DNA of 64,000 nucleotides from an uncultured bacterium (GTDB lineage Bacteria > Armatimonadota > UBA5829). Under the pieces are notes generated by a model that saw nothing but the letters and a program-made list of their open reading frames with translations, was not told the DNA's origin and ran no database searches. This document shows, in pieces, positions 9,351-19,563 of the stretch (positions are counted from its first letter, which is position 1; the number at the start of each line of letters is the position of its first letter). Where the stretch lies: assembly GCA_964494345.1 (NCBI GenBank), contig CAZBSI010000002.1:113830-177829 (forward strand), in the 5' to 3' direction. Both the position numbers and the translations under genes were made by a program.

Positions 9351-10319
9351 GTGATCAAGACGTATTTGTTTTCTGGTGAAAACACAACAGAAGATGTCAG
9401 TATTGCGGACTGGCGTTCGCTGACCGAAGGCGATGATAAGCTGCTGTGGGTGGATGCGAGGTCTATAACTCAACACGAACTTGAGCTGCTTCAGAGCACC
9501 TTTGACCTGCATGATCTGGCTGTTGCGCCGATGCTGGGCCGTTATCGCAGGCCGCATCTATATCAATTCGCCGACCATTTTTGTGTAAATCTGGTGATGA
9601 TCCGAAGTTCTCGATCGGACCATGGCATAAAGCCGGTCGAATTGCACGTTTTTGTCGGGAGTAAATTCATTCTGACCACCACCAAAGACCCAGCCAGCCC
9701 ACCCGCTGACAGTGCCATTGAGGAGTATAAAAACGCCCCTCAGCTCGCCGCAAAAGGGTCGATGCATGCGCTTTTTTTGCTTACCGAAGACCTCGTTGAG
9801 ACGTACTATCCGCTGGTCGACAAGCTCGACGACGATGCGGACAAGATTGAGGATATCCTGCTGGATCACGCCGATGAGGCGTCACTGCGTCGCAATTTCG
9901 CATTGAAACATAAGGTCTTCGAGCTGCGAAAACTACTCGGCCCGCAGCGCGACATATTAAACGACCTCTCTCGCAGGGATTTCGGGTTCATCGACACGCG
10001 AAGCCAGGTGTATTTTCAGGATATCTACAATCGGATGATACGGCTGTTCGATATCCTTGACACGGTGCGGGAGATACTCAGCGGCAATCTGGAAATATAT
10101 CTGTCTACCGTATCAAACAGACTCAATGAAATAGTGAAAATTCTCACTGTGTTCGCCACCGTTTTGGGAGTGGCGACGTTTGTGACGGGATTTTATGGCA
10201 TGAACTTCCGGCATATGCCCGGTCTGGAGTCGCCTCACGCCTTTCGTAACGTCCTGATCTTTATAGTCGTGATCACCATCGCTATGCTGCTGTGGTTCCG
10301 CCGCAAGAAATGGGTATAG
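9351..10319 (+). CDS. corA: magnesium/cobalt transporter CorA
   Basis: C-terminal two TM helices with the GFYGMNF (GMN) signature. GTG start. Confidence 0.85.
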   Translation: MIKTYLFSGENTTEDVSIADWRSLTEGDDKLLWVDARSITQHELELLQSTFDLHDLAVAPMLGRYRRPHLYQFADHFCVNLVMIRSSRSDHGIKPVELHVFVGSKFILTTTKDPASPPADSAIEEYKNAPQLAAKGSMHALFLLTEDLVETYYPLVDKLDDDADKIEDILLDHADEASLRRNFALKHKVFELRKLLGPQRDILNDLSRRDFGFIDTRSQVYFQDIYNRMIRLFDILDTVREILSGNLEIYLSTVSNRLNEIVKILTVFATVLGVATFVTGFYGMNFRHMPGLESPHAFRNVLIFIVVITIAMLLWFRRKKWV

Positions 10320-10321
10320 CG

Positions 10322-11002
10322 ATGGCGATTTATGCAATCTCGGATTTACATCTTTCGCTTTCAGGCGACAAACCTATGGATATGTTCGGCGAAATCTGGC
10401 GGGACCATGCTGTCAGAATCGCTGAAAACTGGGACTCCACGGTGGCTGAAGGTGATACGGTTCTGCTGGCAGGGGATCATTCGTGGGCGCTGCGATTCGA
10501 GGAGGCCAAAGCCGATCTCGATTTCATCGCCGCAAGACCGGGCCGAAAGATCCTGATTCGCGGAAATCACGATTATTGGTGGCGACGAGAGGCGACCAAT
10601 CGCATACAGAAGCAACTGCCGGAGAATATGACCCTGCTGCACGGGCGGGGAATAGTGGTCGACGGGGTCGGGATTGCGGGCACGCGGGGATGGCGGCTGG
10701 AGGAAGACGACCCGGAGACGACAGACCATAAAGTGATGAAACGGGAGCTTGCATATCTGCAGCGCGCATTAAGCGAGATACCTGCGAATGTGTCGCAAAA
10801 AATAGCGATGTTGCACTACCCGCCCTTTGATATACACCTTGATCCCAATGAATTCGCAGACGTTTTGCAGGCGAATAGCGTAGACATCCTCGTCTACGGC
10901 CACATACACACAGGGCTTTACCTGCAGGGCAATATCGACGGCATAAAATATATATTGGTCTCAGCCGATCACGTCGATATGCGGCCGGTGAGGGTTATTT
11001 AG
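10322..11002 (+). CDS. metallophosphoesterase (calcineurin-like phosphoesterase)
   Basis: ISDLHLS, GDHSW and IRGNHDYWW motifs. Start at ATG 10322 (MAIYAISDLH), just after the corA stop. Confidence 0.7.
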   Translation: MAIYAISDLHLSLSGDKPMDMFGEIWRDHAVRIAENWDSTVAEGDTVLLAGDHSWALRFEEAKADLDFIAARPGRKILIRGNHDYWWRREATNRIQKQLPENMTLLHGRGIVVDGVGIAGTRGWRLEEDDPETTDHKVMKRELAYLQRALSEIPANVSQKIAMLHYPPFDIHLDPNEFADVLQANSVDILVYGHIHTGLYLQGNIDGIKYILVSADHVDMRPVRVI

Positions 11003-11642
11003 GGAGTTCTTCCATTGCGACGACTCGTGTCGGGGAGCCGTCCAAGCCTGCAAAATTCATTGGCAACGCTGCGATAAACACCCTGTCCGCCGTGACTTCG
11101 TGCATATTTGCAACCGTTTCCAGCACCACCATTCCCGTCACCAGCAGCGCTTTGTGAACCTGCTGATCAAGCGACAAATGCACTGACGGCTGTTCTATGC
11201 CCAATAATTTAACGTTTCGTGCAGTCAACCAAGCCGCTGCGCCCTCGCTTATGCCGGGGAACTCGGTGAAAAACTCCGGCTGGCCCCATCTTTTGCCCCA
11301 TCCGGTTTTAAGCAGCAGCCTTGCCGATTTGCCGACGCGGTTTTCGAAGCGATCAAGGTCTGCGGAGATTATCTGGGTGCGCGGGGCCAAATCGCCCAAA
11401 TCCAGCACCTCCGCCCACCCCACGAGTGCGTCGAGGTCATAACTATCGACTCCGCGACTGTCGTGCATCACGTGGTGAGGGCTGTCGATATGCGTGCCTG
11501 TGTGGGTTCCGAAGCAAACTCGCGTGTTGTTGTAGCCGGATTGCGAGATAGTCGTGGTCTGAGAAAACTCGACTTCAGGGTCACCAGGCCACACGGGCAT
11601 AGGCGCCGTTATTTTATAGCTCAGGTCAATTATCCGCTTCAA
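10995..11642 (-). CDS. cyclase family protein / kynurenine formamidase-like
   Basis: HTGTHIDSPHH and the surrounding sequence match the putative cyclase/arylformamidase fold. Confidence 0.65.
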   Translation of the reverse strand: MKRIIDLSYKITAPMPVWPGDPEVEFSQTTTISQSGYNNTRVCFGTHTGTHIDSPHHVMHDSRGVDSYDLDALVGWAEVLDLGDLAPRTQIISADLDRFENRVGKSARLLLKTGWGKRWGQPEFFTEFPGISEGAAAWLTARNVKLLGIEQPSVHLSLDQQVHKALLVTGMVVLETVANMHEVTADRVFIAALPMNFAGLDGSPTRVVAMEELPK

Positions 11643-11724
11643 TGGCTGCTCCCTTGCAATTATATATGGAGTATATCCAAATCAAATCGGATACACAACA
11701 TTTACCGCATACGCCATCAAATAT

Positions 11725-11807
11725 GTCATTTCGAACGCAGTGAGAAATCTGCTTTTTCGGTTGTCGGTTGACGGTTGACGGTTGTCGGTTGACGGTTGTC
11801 GGTTGAA
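11725..11807 (-). repeat. copy of the dispersed repeat core (reverse orientation) with adjacent (GGTTGAC/GGTTGTC)x7 heptamer array
   Basis: tgtcatttcgaacgcagtgagaaatctgctttttcg is the reverse complement of the core, followed by cggttgt/cggttga x7. Intergenic between the divergent cyclase and WbsX-like genes. Confidence 0.85.
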
Positions 11808-11887
11808 TATCCGGCAGCTTCCTACTTTTCAGCCTGTAAGATATAATGCATACCAACACGGATAAATTAAGGTTAAGGGTATAAACG

Positions 11888-13030
11888 ATGATGACCAAAC
11901 CACAAATCGCAGTATACTATTTCCCACAGTATCACCCCGACCCACGAAACGACGTCTGGCACGGGAAAGGCTGGACTGAGTGGGAGTTGATGAAATGTGC
12001 TCGGCCACGTTTTGAGGGTCACCGGCAGCCGAAGGTTCCGGCTTGGGGATACTTCGACGAGTCCGACCCAAAATGGGCCGCCAAAGAAATCGACCTGGCA
12101 GCGGACAGCGGCATCGACGCATTTATTTACGATTGGTACTACTACGAAGATGGCCCGTTTCTGCAGGACGGTTTGGACAAGGGCTTTCTGCAGGCGGATA
12201 ATCGCGACCGCATTAAGTTCGCCCTGATGTGGGCTAATCACGATTGGCTGGATATCCACCCGATGAAGTCGCACGGCACGCCTCCGCTGCTGGCGTCCGG
12301 AAAGGTGACGCGGGAGGCCTTTGATAGAGCTTGTGATCACGTCATTGAGCGATACTTTTCCCAAGCTAATTATTGGACCATCGACGGAGAACCGTATTTT
12401 TCAATCTACGATATAGGTGCGTTGATTGAGGGTCTTGGCGGGTTTGCAGAGACGCGTGACGCGCTTAAAAGCTTTAGAGATAAGACCGTGGCAGCGGGGC
12501 ACACCGGGCTGCATCTTAATTGCGTGGTTTGGGGAATCAAGGTTCTGCAGGGCGAGAAAGGCGTCGAGGAACCTGAGCGCGTGATCCCACAGTTGGGCTT
12601 TACCAGCGTCGGCAGCTATGTATGGGCGCACTATTATTATCCGAACTGGGGAGGGTTCCCGTTGGGGAGTATGCGTGGTGCAGCGGATAAAAATTATGAG
12701 GTTTGGGAGGAACTCGCCGCGCAGTATAGCCTGCCGTATCATCCGAATGTAACTATGGGCTGGGACCCAAGCCCCCGCACAATCCAAAGCGACGTCTTCG
12801 AGCCGAGAGGCTACACGTGGACCTCGATTCTGCAAGACGACCCTGGTATTTTCGAAGAATCGCTGCTGCGAGCCAAAGAGTTCGTGATGAGATTGGATTG
12901 CAAGCAAAAAATTGTCACCATAAACGCCTGGAACGAATGGACCGAAGGCAGCTACCTCCTCCCGGACACCGACCACGGCACCGCCTATACCGACGCGATT
13001 AAGGTTGTGTTTGGGGAGAAGGAAGATTAG
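11888..13030 (+). CDS. WbsX-like glycosyltransferase family protein
   Basis: N-terminal IAVYYFPQYHPDPRNDVWHGKGWTEW matches the characteristic WbsX-family (PF14307-like) start motif. Confidence 0.7.
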   Translation: MMTKPQIAVYYFPQYHPDPRNDVWHGKGWTEWELMKCARPRFEGHRQPKVPAWGYFDESDPKWAAKEIDLAADSGIDAFIYDWYYYEDGPFLQDGLDKGFLQADNRDRIKFALMWANHDWLDIHPMKSHGTPPLLASGKVTREAFDRACDHVIERYFSQANYWTIDGEPYFSIYDIGALIEGLGGFAETRDALKSFRDKTVAAGHTGLHLNCVVWGIKVLQGEKGVEEPERVIPQLGFTSVGSYVWAHYYYPNWGGFPLGSMRGAADKNYEVWEELAAQYSLPYHPNVTMGWDPSPRTIQSDVFEPRGYTWTSILQDDPGIFEESLLRAKEFVMRLDCKQKIVTINAWNEWTEGSYLLPDTDHGTAYTDAIKVVFGEKED

Positions 13031-13270
13031 AAAACGCGAAATCGCGAAAAGAGCGAAAAACAGAAATAACGATATTGTATCGTAATTAGCGAGCCGTAGA
13101 GGGCTTGATCGGACCTCCGACCTCGGATATCGGACATCGGAAAAAGCAGATTTCTCGCTGCGCTCGAAATGACGAAGGGGGCCGCTCGAAATGACGAAGG
13201 GGGCGCTCAAATGACGGTGGGTAGGTGCTCGAAATGACAAGGGGTGGGCACTCGAAATGACGTGGGTGGT
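13031..13270 (+). repeat. copy of the dispersed modular repeat: 5' GAAAACGCGAAATCGCGAAAAGAGCGAAAAACAGAAA module, core, and ~5 tandem ~21-nt GCTCGAAATGACGAAGGGGG units
   Basis: Direct reading; it has the same module order as the 3905-4210 copy. Intergenic between the convergent WbsX-like and Prs-like genes. Confidence 0.85.
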
Positions 13271-13458
13271 TTAAGTAGTGGCCGTGCCTCTGTCCCGGCC
13301 ACAACCAGCTTCCAAGGAGAGACTGTCCGAGGCGGAGATCGGACACTACCGTTTGGAAGTTAGAAGTTGGAGATTGGAGGTTGGCATTGGTTATGAGGCG
13401 GCGATTCGGAGATCATTACCTATCATGGGATGACTACGCCGCCAGGCTGGTTTGGTCC

Positions 13459-14697
13459 CTACACCCTCTCCACAGGGTCCGAGAAATCCAGAGCCGGCTG
13501 AGTGTCTATGGTGCGGGTTGAGTGATCCACGTCCAGGCTCCAGCGCGGGTTTTTAGATGACATATCTATGGTGTAGGTTATCCCACAAGGATCGCTGGGC
13601 TGGTGTCCGATGTAGCGCATGGTGTAGTCAGAAATCCACTTCTCCAGCTTCAGCACAGTCAATTTGCGTCGCAGCCTGCCCTGCATGTCCCGGTTCAAAA
13701 TGGATGGCAGGGTGTTTGTGGTTACTATCTCATCAACCGCCTGCGTTGCCAGGGTCTCGCGCACCTCTGGAGAGGAGTAGAAATGGGTCACGAAGAATAC
13801 CACACGCCCTGCTCCCGCCTCTTTAAGCTGCCGGCAGCACTCTCGGATTGTGTTTCCCGTGCGCACCATGTCATCGAAGACAATTACGTCCTTTCCCGCT
13901 ATCGACTTCTCCGGGCAGGGGGATTCCGGGGATATAAAACTCGATACGCTGCGCTCATCTCTTCGCTGCTTTGCGAAATAAAGCAACCCGGCGGTGCTTG
14001 AGTTGAGATAATCGTGAACCTGTGTCGCAAACTCCCTGGCCCCGTCGTCGGGTGCACAGACCAGCAGCCCAGCCCCGCTCGAAAGACCAGGCGCCACATC
14101 TGAGTTGCGAATATAATCCGCAAACACCTCAGCAGGGTTAAGGTTCACAAACTCACCCTTCATCACCTCTCTAAAGAGCCTTTGCACGGATTCAGAGTGA
14201 TTATGGATAGTAATAACCGCATCAACCCCCGCCAGAGATAGCGCCTGTGCGTAAAATCGACTCGAAAACGGCTGTCCATCGAACTTTTTATAGTCCTTTG
14301 AGCCCCTGGTCCAAGTCACATCGCCGTGCTCAGGCCTCGGCCCTCTGTCCTGTGCGCTGAAGAACAGGTCCGGCTCGACCAACACAACCTTCCCCGCCCC
14401 GTTGTCCTTAGCCGCCCGCGCCACCAGCATATTTCGCATAGCGAGTTCATTGCGTGTGAGAGTATTGGAAGCCGTGGAGACCATCACCACCGTCGCCCCG
14501 CTGAGCTTGTTACCTATATCGTCCATATCCTTTTCATCGGAAATGAACCTGGGGCAAAACTCGGTGTTGGCGAAAGTTTTAAGAGAGATAACATCGGCAA
14601 TATCGGTCATCTGACCACAATATACGCCGATATCTATGGCGAACGGGTTATCCGATTCCGTACCGGTTATAAGCACTGTATTTCGGCCGGCAGACAT
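13459..14697 (-). CDS. ribose-phosphate pyrophosphokinase (Prs)-like phosphoribosyltransferase, atypically long (412 aa)
   Basis: PRPP-binding loop VIVFDDMVRTGNT. The N-domain is Prs-like: VVMVSTAS is similar to Prs FIIQST, and VVLVEPDLFFSAQDRG to Prs VIPYFGYARQDRK. It carries insertions and a ~70 aa C-terminal extension. It sits 20 nt downstream of the GT2 gene on the same strand. Confidence 0.6.
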   Translation of the reverse strand: MSAGRNTVLITGTESDNPFAIDIGVYCGQMTDIADVISLKTFANTEFCPRFISDEKDMDDIGNKLSGATVVMVSTASNTLTRNELAMRNMLVARAAKDNGAGKVVLVEPDLFFSAQDRGPRPEHGDVTWTRGSKDYKKFDGQPFSSRFYAQALSLAGVDAVITIHNHSESVQRLFREVMKGEFVNLNPAEVFADYIRNSDVAPGLSSGAGLLVCAPDDGAREFATQVHDYLNSSTAGLLYFAKQRRDERSVSSFISPESPCPEKSIAGKDVIVFDDMVRTGNTIRECCRQLKEAGAGRVVFFVTHFYSSPEVRETLATQAVDEIVTTNTLPSILNRDMQGRLRRKLTVLKLEKWISDYTMRYIGHQPSDPCGITYTIDMSSKNPRWSLDVDHSTRTIDTQPALDFSDPVERV

Positions 14698-14716
14698 AGC
14701 AATCCCTCTTTTCTAT

Positions 14717-15523
14717 CTAAAATGACCTGTGCCGTTTGATCGAAAAATATATCCTGCCCACCAGCTTTCGCGCCAGCCTGGGCAACAAGCGAATACGCAT
14801 ATTAAGCGATGCAGTTTTCCAATAATTCCAGATCAGGGCGGTCAATAATTTATTGTCGTTAAGACGGTCGACCCCGTAGTTCACATTTGCGCCGTGCAGC
14901 CTGTATTTTGCCAATGTCTCCGGCAAATGAACCACAGGCGCGATCATCAAAATCTTCAACCACGCATCGAAGTCATCGCAGGTGGAGTAACGGCCATCAA
15001 ACAGGCCGATATCGATCATCATTTGCCGCTTTGCCATCACCGCGCTGGCCGAAATCGTATAATTTCCGTGGCTGACGAACCAATAGAAATCCGGCCTCTG
15101 CGGGATGATGCTCTGGTCGAGATTAAGCCTGTTGGCGTTAGGCCCAAAAACTTCCAGATCGCAAAATACCATCCCCGCATCGGGATTTTCCGCCATCGCC
15201 TCCACTTGCCGAGCCAGTTTATCCGACAGCCAGATATCATCGTGATCCAGAAAGGCGATAAGCTCACCTTTGGCTTCCCTGACACCCACGTTGCGCGATT
15301 CCGCCTGTCGCAGGTTGGTCTGGTTGCGAATCAGTCGCATATTCGGCAGGTTATCAATGGACTCTATAAGCGGCGTCGGATCGATTGGAGAACAATCGTC
15401 GACCGCCACCAACTCAAAGTCCCGAAAACTCTGCGCCGCAACCGAATCCAGCGCCTCGCGCAGGTAATCTTCGTGCGCCTGCGACGAACAGTATACCGGC
15501 ACGACTACTGACACCTTTGGCAT
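14717..15523 (-). CDS. family 2 glycosyltransferase
   Basis: VSVVVPVYC..VAVDDCS, the DHDD region, and a typical GT-A fold N-terminus. Confidence 0.8.
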   Translation of the reverse strand: MPKVSVVVPVYCSSQAHEDYLREALDSVAAQSFRDFELVAVDDCSPIDPTPLIESIDNLPNMRLIRNQTNLRQAESRNVGVREAKGELIAFLDHDDIWLSDKLARQVEAMAENPDAGMVFCDLEVFGPNANRLNLDQSIIPQRPDFYWFVSHGNYTISASAVMAKRQMMIDIGLFDGRYSTCDDFDAWLKILMIAPVVHLPETLAKYRLHGANVNYGVDRLNDNKLLTALIWNYWKTASLNMRIRLLPRLARKLVGRIYFSIKRHRSF

Positions 15524-15615
15524 TTGTCTTTATTGTAGCGCAAAAACGACTTCGATGGAACAGGGGTGAACGGCGCCTTCGAAGCTCGACAAATCCGGCA
15601 TATAAGCCAGCCCGG

Positions 15616-18315
15616 CTAAGAGTCGCGCGGAATGCTCTCCATCTCCGCCCAGTTCGGCCCAGCTTTAACGTCGACTTTTAACGGCACTTTGAGCGGATGT
15701 GCGTTTTCCATAGACTGTCGCGCCAGCTCAGCCACCGCGTCGAGTTCCTCAGTCGGAACCTCGAAGAGCAGTTCATCGTGCACCTGAAGCACCATTTTCG
15801 CCTTATATGGCGCAAGCGCATCGGCGATTCGGATCATGGCTATTTTAATAATATCCGCTGCCATACCCTGGATCGGCATATTCACCGCCGCACGTTCCGC
15901 GAACTGGCGGACGTTTCGGTTGGCGTTGTGAATATCCGGCACATAGCGTCGCCTGCCGAGCTGAGTCGAGACATAACCCCGATCACGCGCCTGTTCGATA
16001 GTCGAGTTTGTGTATTCCCGAACGCCTGGGAAGCGCGCGAAATAGGTGTCGATGTATGTCCGTGCCTCCTCAATGGGGATATCCAGCGTGCGGCTGAGCG
16101 CAAAGTCGCTCATTCCGTAGATGACCGCGAAGTTGACTGTCTTTGCCCTGCGACGCATCTCCGGGGTGACTTCATCCTCGCTGCATCCGAATATGGTGCT
16201 GGCTGTTCTGGTGTGAATATCCAGATCGTGCTCAAACGCAGATACCAGACCCGCATCACCCGTCACATGCGCCATTATTCGCAGCTCTATCTGAGAATAA
16301 TCCGCAGACAGCAGCACACAGCCCGGTTTGGCCACAAAAGCCTTTCGAATCTCCCGACCAAGCTCGGTGCGGATAGGGATATTCTGTAGATTAGGGTCGC
16401 TTGATGACAACCGCCCAGTGGCCGTCACAGCCTGGTTCAGCGAAGTATGAACACGACCAGTAACCGGGTTAATGAGCTTGGGAAGTGAATCGGCGTAAGT
16501 GGATTTGAGTTTGGTAAGCTCTCGCCATTTTAATATCTGATCGACGATAGGGTAATCCCCCGCCAGCGCTTCGAGGGTCGCAGCCGATGTCGAGTATCCG
16601 GTCTTGGTGCGTTTGCCGCCGGTCAAACCCATCTTCTCGAAGAGCACGACGCCGATCTGTTTAGGCGAACCGATGTTAAACTGCTCCCCCGCGATCTCAT
16701 ATATCTGCTGTTCCAGCTCGCGAATCTGCGAGTTGAGCCTAAGAGACAGGGTCTCCAGTTCCGCGCGGTCGATAGTGACTCCGGTAAGCTCCATATTGGC
16801 TAAAATGCCGGCGAGCGGGAGTTCGATATCGTGATAGAGGCCATATTCGGCGTCGGTTTGAAGGCGCTCCTCAATCAGCGGTTTGACCCGGTATATAACC
16901 TCAGCTTCGCTGCAGAATTGCTTGACCTCGTCGACATCGGCCTCTTTACTGGTAACCCCTGCAAGCTCAATTGACAACTGCTCGAACGCTATGCTGCCTA
17001 TATCGTAAGAACTGCGCGATGAATCCAGCACGTAAGCGCCAAGCATCGCATCAAAGTCGATGCCCTTTAACTCGACGCCGCGCAACGCCAACGCCGCGAT
17101 GTTTCGCTTGGCATCGTGGACGTATTTGGTGAGCTCTTCATTGCTGAGAATATCGACCAGATCCGGCAGATCAGCTTTGTAGGTCTCCCCCATCGACAGG
17201 GTCAGATTCTGCTCAGCCGCGTCTTCTATCTGGACATAAGCGGTGCCTATTGGGTCGGCGCAGAAACTTATCCCCATAAGCCGTGCGTCTATCGACTTTT
17301 CCTGACTGGTGTTGCACTGCATCGCAAAAGCCCCGGCCTTTCGCAGGGATTCGATCAGTGCGTTTAATTCCTGTGCCGAATTGATGCGTCGGCACTCCCC
17401 CAATCCAGGTCGCCCTTCCACGCTTGTCTTGCCAGCGGCCTGCTCGACCTCCGGCAGGCGCTTGAGCATGGTCTTAAACTCCAGCCGAACGAACAGATCC
17501 CGTAACGCGTCGTAATCCGGCTGCTTAAAACGGTATGACTCCAAGTCGAACTCGAACGGTACGTCGGTGACGATAGTGGCCAAATGTTTCGACAGCCTGG
17601 CAAGGTCTGCGTTCTCCTGAAGGGCTTTTTTAACCTTGCCTTCAGGAAGCTCGGAGACGTGGTCGAGGACACCTTCCACAGTCCCATATTTGGAGAGCAG
17701 GCTTTGCGCGGTTTTGTCGCCGATGCCGGGCACACCGGGTATATTGTCCGATGAATCCCCCTTCAGGCCTTTTAAATCTGCAATTTGATCGGGTTTGAGG
17801 CCGAATCTATCCTCCACAGCCTGCTCATCGTAGACGACGATGTCAGAGACCCCCTTCACGGTGGTCAACACCTGCACATCCTCGTTGACCAACTGAAGCG
17901 CATCGAGGTCTCCGGTCAATATCTCAGAGGCAACACCATGGGCTCGGGCCTGTGTTACCAGCGCGCCGATAATATCGTCCCCTTCATACCCCTCGACCTC
18001 AATTGTCGGGATATTAAAGGCCTGTATCAGCTCCCTTGCTATTGGAGCCTGCTCAATAAGCGCGTCCGGAGCCGCTTTGCGATGGGCCTTATATTGGTCG
18101 TATTGATCGTGCCTGAAGGTCGGTTTGGGGGTGTCGAAGGCCACCACGATATAATCAGGATTCTCTTCGAGGACCTTCAGCAGCATAGTGGTCAGGCCGT
18201 AGACGGCGTTTGTCGGGGTGCCTGCGGATGTGGATAGATACCGCATCGCAAAAAACGCCCGGTATAGAAGGCTATTGCCATCTACGGCTATGAGTTTCGG
18301 TTTGTTTTTATTCAT
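15616..18315 (-). CDS. polA: DNA polymerase I
   Basis: 899 aa. 5'-3' exonuclease N-terminus (LIAVDGNSLLYRAFFA), with Klenow-like 3'-5' exonuclease and polymerase domains (RRxAKxxNFGxxYG, HDELxxE). Confidence 0.95.
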   Translation of the reverse strand: MNKNKPKLIAVDGNSLLYRAFFAMRYLSTSAGTPTNAVYGLTTMLLKVLEENPDYIVVAFDTPKPTFRHDQYDQYKAHRKAAPDALIEQAPIARELIQAFNIPTIEVEGYEGDDIIGALVTQARAHGVASEILTGDLDALQLVNEDVQVLTTVKGVSDIVVYDEQAVEDRFGLKPDQIADLKGLKGDSSDNIPGVPGIGDKTAQSLLSKYGTVEGVLDHVSELPEGKVKKALQENADLARLSKHLATIVTDVPFEFDLESYRFKQPDYDALRDLFVRLEFKTMLKRLPEVEQAAGKTSVEGRPGLGECRRINSAQELNALIESLRKAGAFAMQCNTSQEKSIDARLMGISFCADPIGTAYVQIEDAAEQNLTLSMGETYKADLPDLVDILSNEELTKYVHDAKRNIAALALRGVELKGIDFDAMLGAYVLDSSRSSYDIGSIAFEQLSIELAGVTSKEADVDEVKQFCSEAEVIYRVKPLIEERLQTDAEYGLYHDIELPLAGILANMELTGVTIDRAELETLSLRLNSQIRELEQQIYEIAGEQFNIGSPKQIGVVLFEKMGLTGGKRTKTGYSTSAATLEALAGDYPIVDQILKWRELTKLKSTYADSLPKLINPVTGRVHTSLNQAVTATGRLSSSDPNLQNIPIRTELGREIRKAFVAKPGCVLLSADYSQIELRIMAHVTGDAGLVSAFEHDLDIHTRTASTIFGCSEDEVTPEMRRRAKTVNFAVIYGMSDFALSRTLDIPIEEARTYIDTYFARFPGVREYTNSTIEQARDRGYVSTQLGRRRYVPDIHNANRNVRQFAERAAVNMPIQGMAADIIKIAMIRIADALAPYKAKMVLQVHDELLFEVPTEELDAVAELARQSMENAHPLKVPLKVDVKAGPNWAEMESIPRDS

Positions 18316-18336
18316 AAGACTGCTGTAATCTGGTCG

Positions 18337-19389
18337 TTATCTAAGACCTGGGCTGGCGTTATTGGTCAACTGGTCGATTAATTGCCTGCCGATTGCGCCC
18401 CGCAAAGACTCGCTCTCCGAGCTGAGTATATCGGAGAACGACAGGCGCTTTTTGTATTCTACCACCTTAGGCTCGCCCTTGATTCCTCCCGCCTTCGCCG
18501 CCGCGGTGATTGTGTCTTGAATGCCGCCGATATCGTCCACCAGTTTGACATCCTTCGCCTGGCTGCCTGTAAAGACGCGTCCATCGGCGATCTTTTTGAT
18601 ATCGCCTACAGGGAGTTTACGTCCCGCCGCCACCGCGTTGACGAACTGTTCGTATGTGTCCATTACTATACCCTGTAACAGGGCGCGTTCTTCAGGCGTA
18701 AGGGGTCGATTTGGCGACCCGATATCCTTGAACTTGCCGGACTTAACGACCTGTGGGCTGTAGCCGATTTTCTTGAACAGCCCGCTCATATCGGCCACGT
18801 CCCAGATCACTCCGATACTTCCCGTGAGGGTCGAATCGTCGGCGTAGATTTTGTCCGAAGCCGCTGCGATATAATAACCGCCGGAGGCCGCCACGTCGGC
18901 CATGGATGTGTAGATCGGTTTTTTAGCCGCACGGATACGCATAAGCTCGTTATATACTTCTTCAGATGCCGCCGGGCTTCCACCGGGGCTGTTTATGCGC
19001 AGAACTATAGCCTTGACGCTCTTGCTTTTGCGCGCCTTCTCGAGTTGATCTATCAGATCATCAGAGCCGGTGGTCGAATCGCTGAACATACTGGTGACGC
19101 TGCGTCCGGATGTAATTACCCCGGTAATTCGAATTAGCGCGATATGATCGCCTCGTTCCGTGACAGGCCCGCCGAAGCTGGACATTCCGGCGCAGGCCGC
19201 AACTATAAAGACAATCGCTATAATCAGCCACGGTAAACAGCCGACAACCAGCGAGACCGGGATCACCCACAGCCAATTATTGCGTCGGGGAGGCTGAGGT
19301 GGCCGGGGAGGTATGTTGTTACTGATGACTGGAGGCGGGGTCGGCTCCTGGCCACCGGGCTGCGAGTTCTGAGAAGCATCTTCGTTCAT
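18337..19389 (-). CDS. sppA: signal peptide peptidase SppA (36K type)
   Basis: N-terminal TM segment. The motif SPGGSPAASEEVYN...ASGGYYIAAASDKIYA..GSIGVI is characteristic of SppA/ClpP-fold serine peptidases. Confidence 0.85.
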   Translation of the reverse strand: MNEDASQNSQPGGQEPTPPPVISNNIPPRPPQPPRRNNWLWVIPVSLVVGCLPWLIIAIVFIVAACAGMSSFGGPVTERGDHIALIRITGVITSGRSVTSMFSDSTTGSDDLIDQLEKARKSKSVKAIVLRINSPGGSPAASEEVYNELMRIRAAKKPIYTSMADVAASGGYYIAAASDKIYADDSTLTGSIGVIWDVADMSGLFKKIGYSPQVVKSGKFKDIGSPNRPLTPEERALLQGIVMDTYEQFVNAVAAGRKLPVGDIKKIADGRVFTGSQAKDVKLVDDIGGIQDTITAAAKAGGIKGEPKVVEYKKRLSFSDILSSESESLRGAIGRQLIDQLTNNASPGLR

Positions 19390-19440
19390 TTAATCGCTCC
19401 TTTGGAACGTATTTACGCGAAGTATGATTCTCTGCTTGCA

Positions 19441-19469
19441 TTGACACTTCCTGCTTTACGCGTTATAAT
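19441..19469 (+). promoter_or_regulatory. consensus sigma70-type promoter for tRNA-Leu
   Basis: TTGACA (19441-19446), 17-nt spacer, TATAAT (19464-19469), positioned ~9 nt upstream of the tRNA 5' end. Confidence 0.75.
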
Positions 19470-19477
19470 TTTCCCAC

Positions 19478-19563
19478 GCCGGAGTGGCGGAATGGCAGAC
19501 GCAGTGGTCTCAAAAACCACCGAGGGCAACCTCATGTCGGTTCGACTCCGACCTCCGGCACCA
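19478..19563 (+). tRNA. tRNA-Leu (anticodon CAA), class II with long variable arm, CCA encoded
   Basis: Acceptor stem GCCGGAG/CTCCGGC, D-stem GCG/CGC, anticodon stem GTGGT/ACCAC with loop CTCAAAA, variable arm GAGGG-CAA-CCTC, T-arm GTCGG-TTCGACT-CCGAC, discriminator A, then CCA. Confidence 0.9.

Noticed and set aside
13163-13270. Tandem ~21-nt GCTCGAAATGAC... units considered as a possible CRISPR array
   Set aside because: The units are contiguous with no unique spacers and are degenerate between copies. No cas genes are present.
14894-15511. Long antisense ORFs opposite confident genes: 14894-15511, 15697-16389, 20882-21787, 26648-27598, 41042-41794, 44396-45145, 46093-46815, 47309-47920, 48472-49449, 57740-58504 and 61559-62152
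   Set aside because: Each overlaps a gene with strong family motifs on the other strand. They are Arg/His-rich with no motifs and no RBS, as expected for chance open frames in GC-rich DNA.
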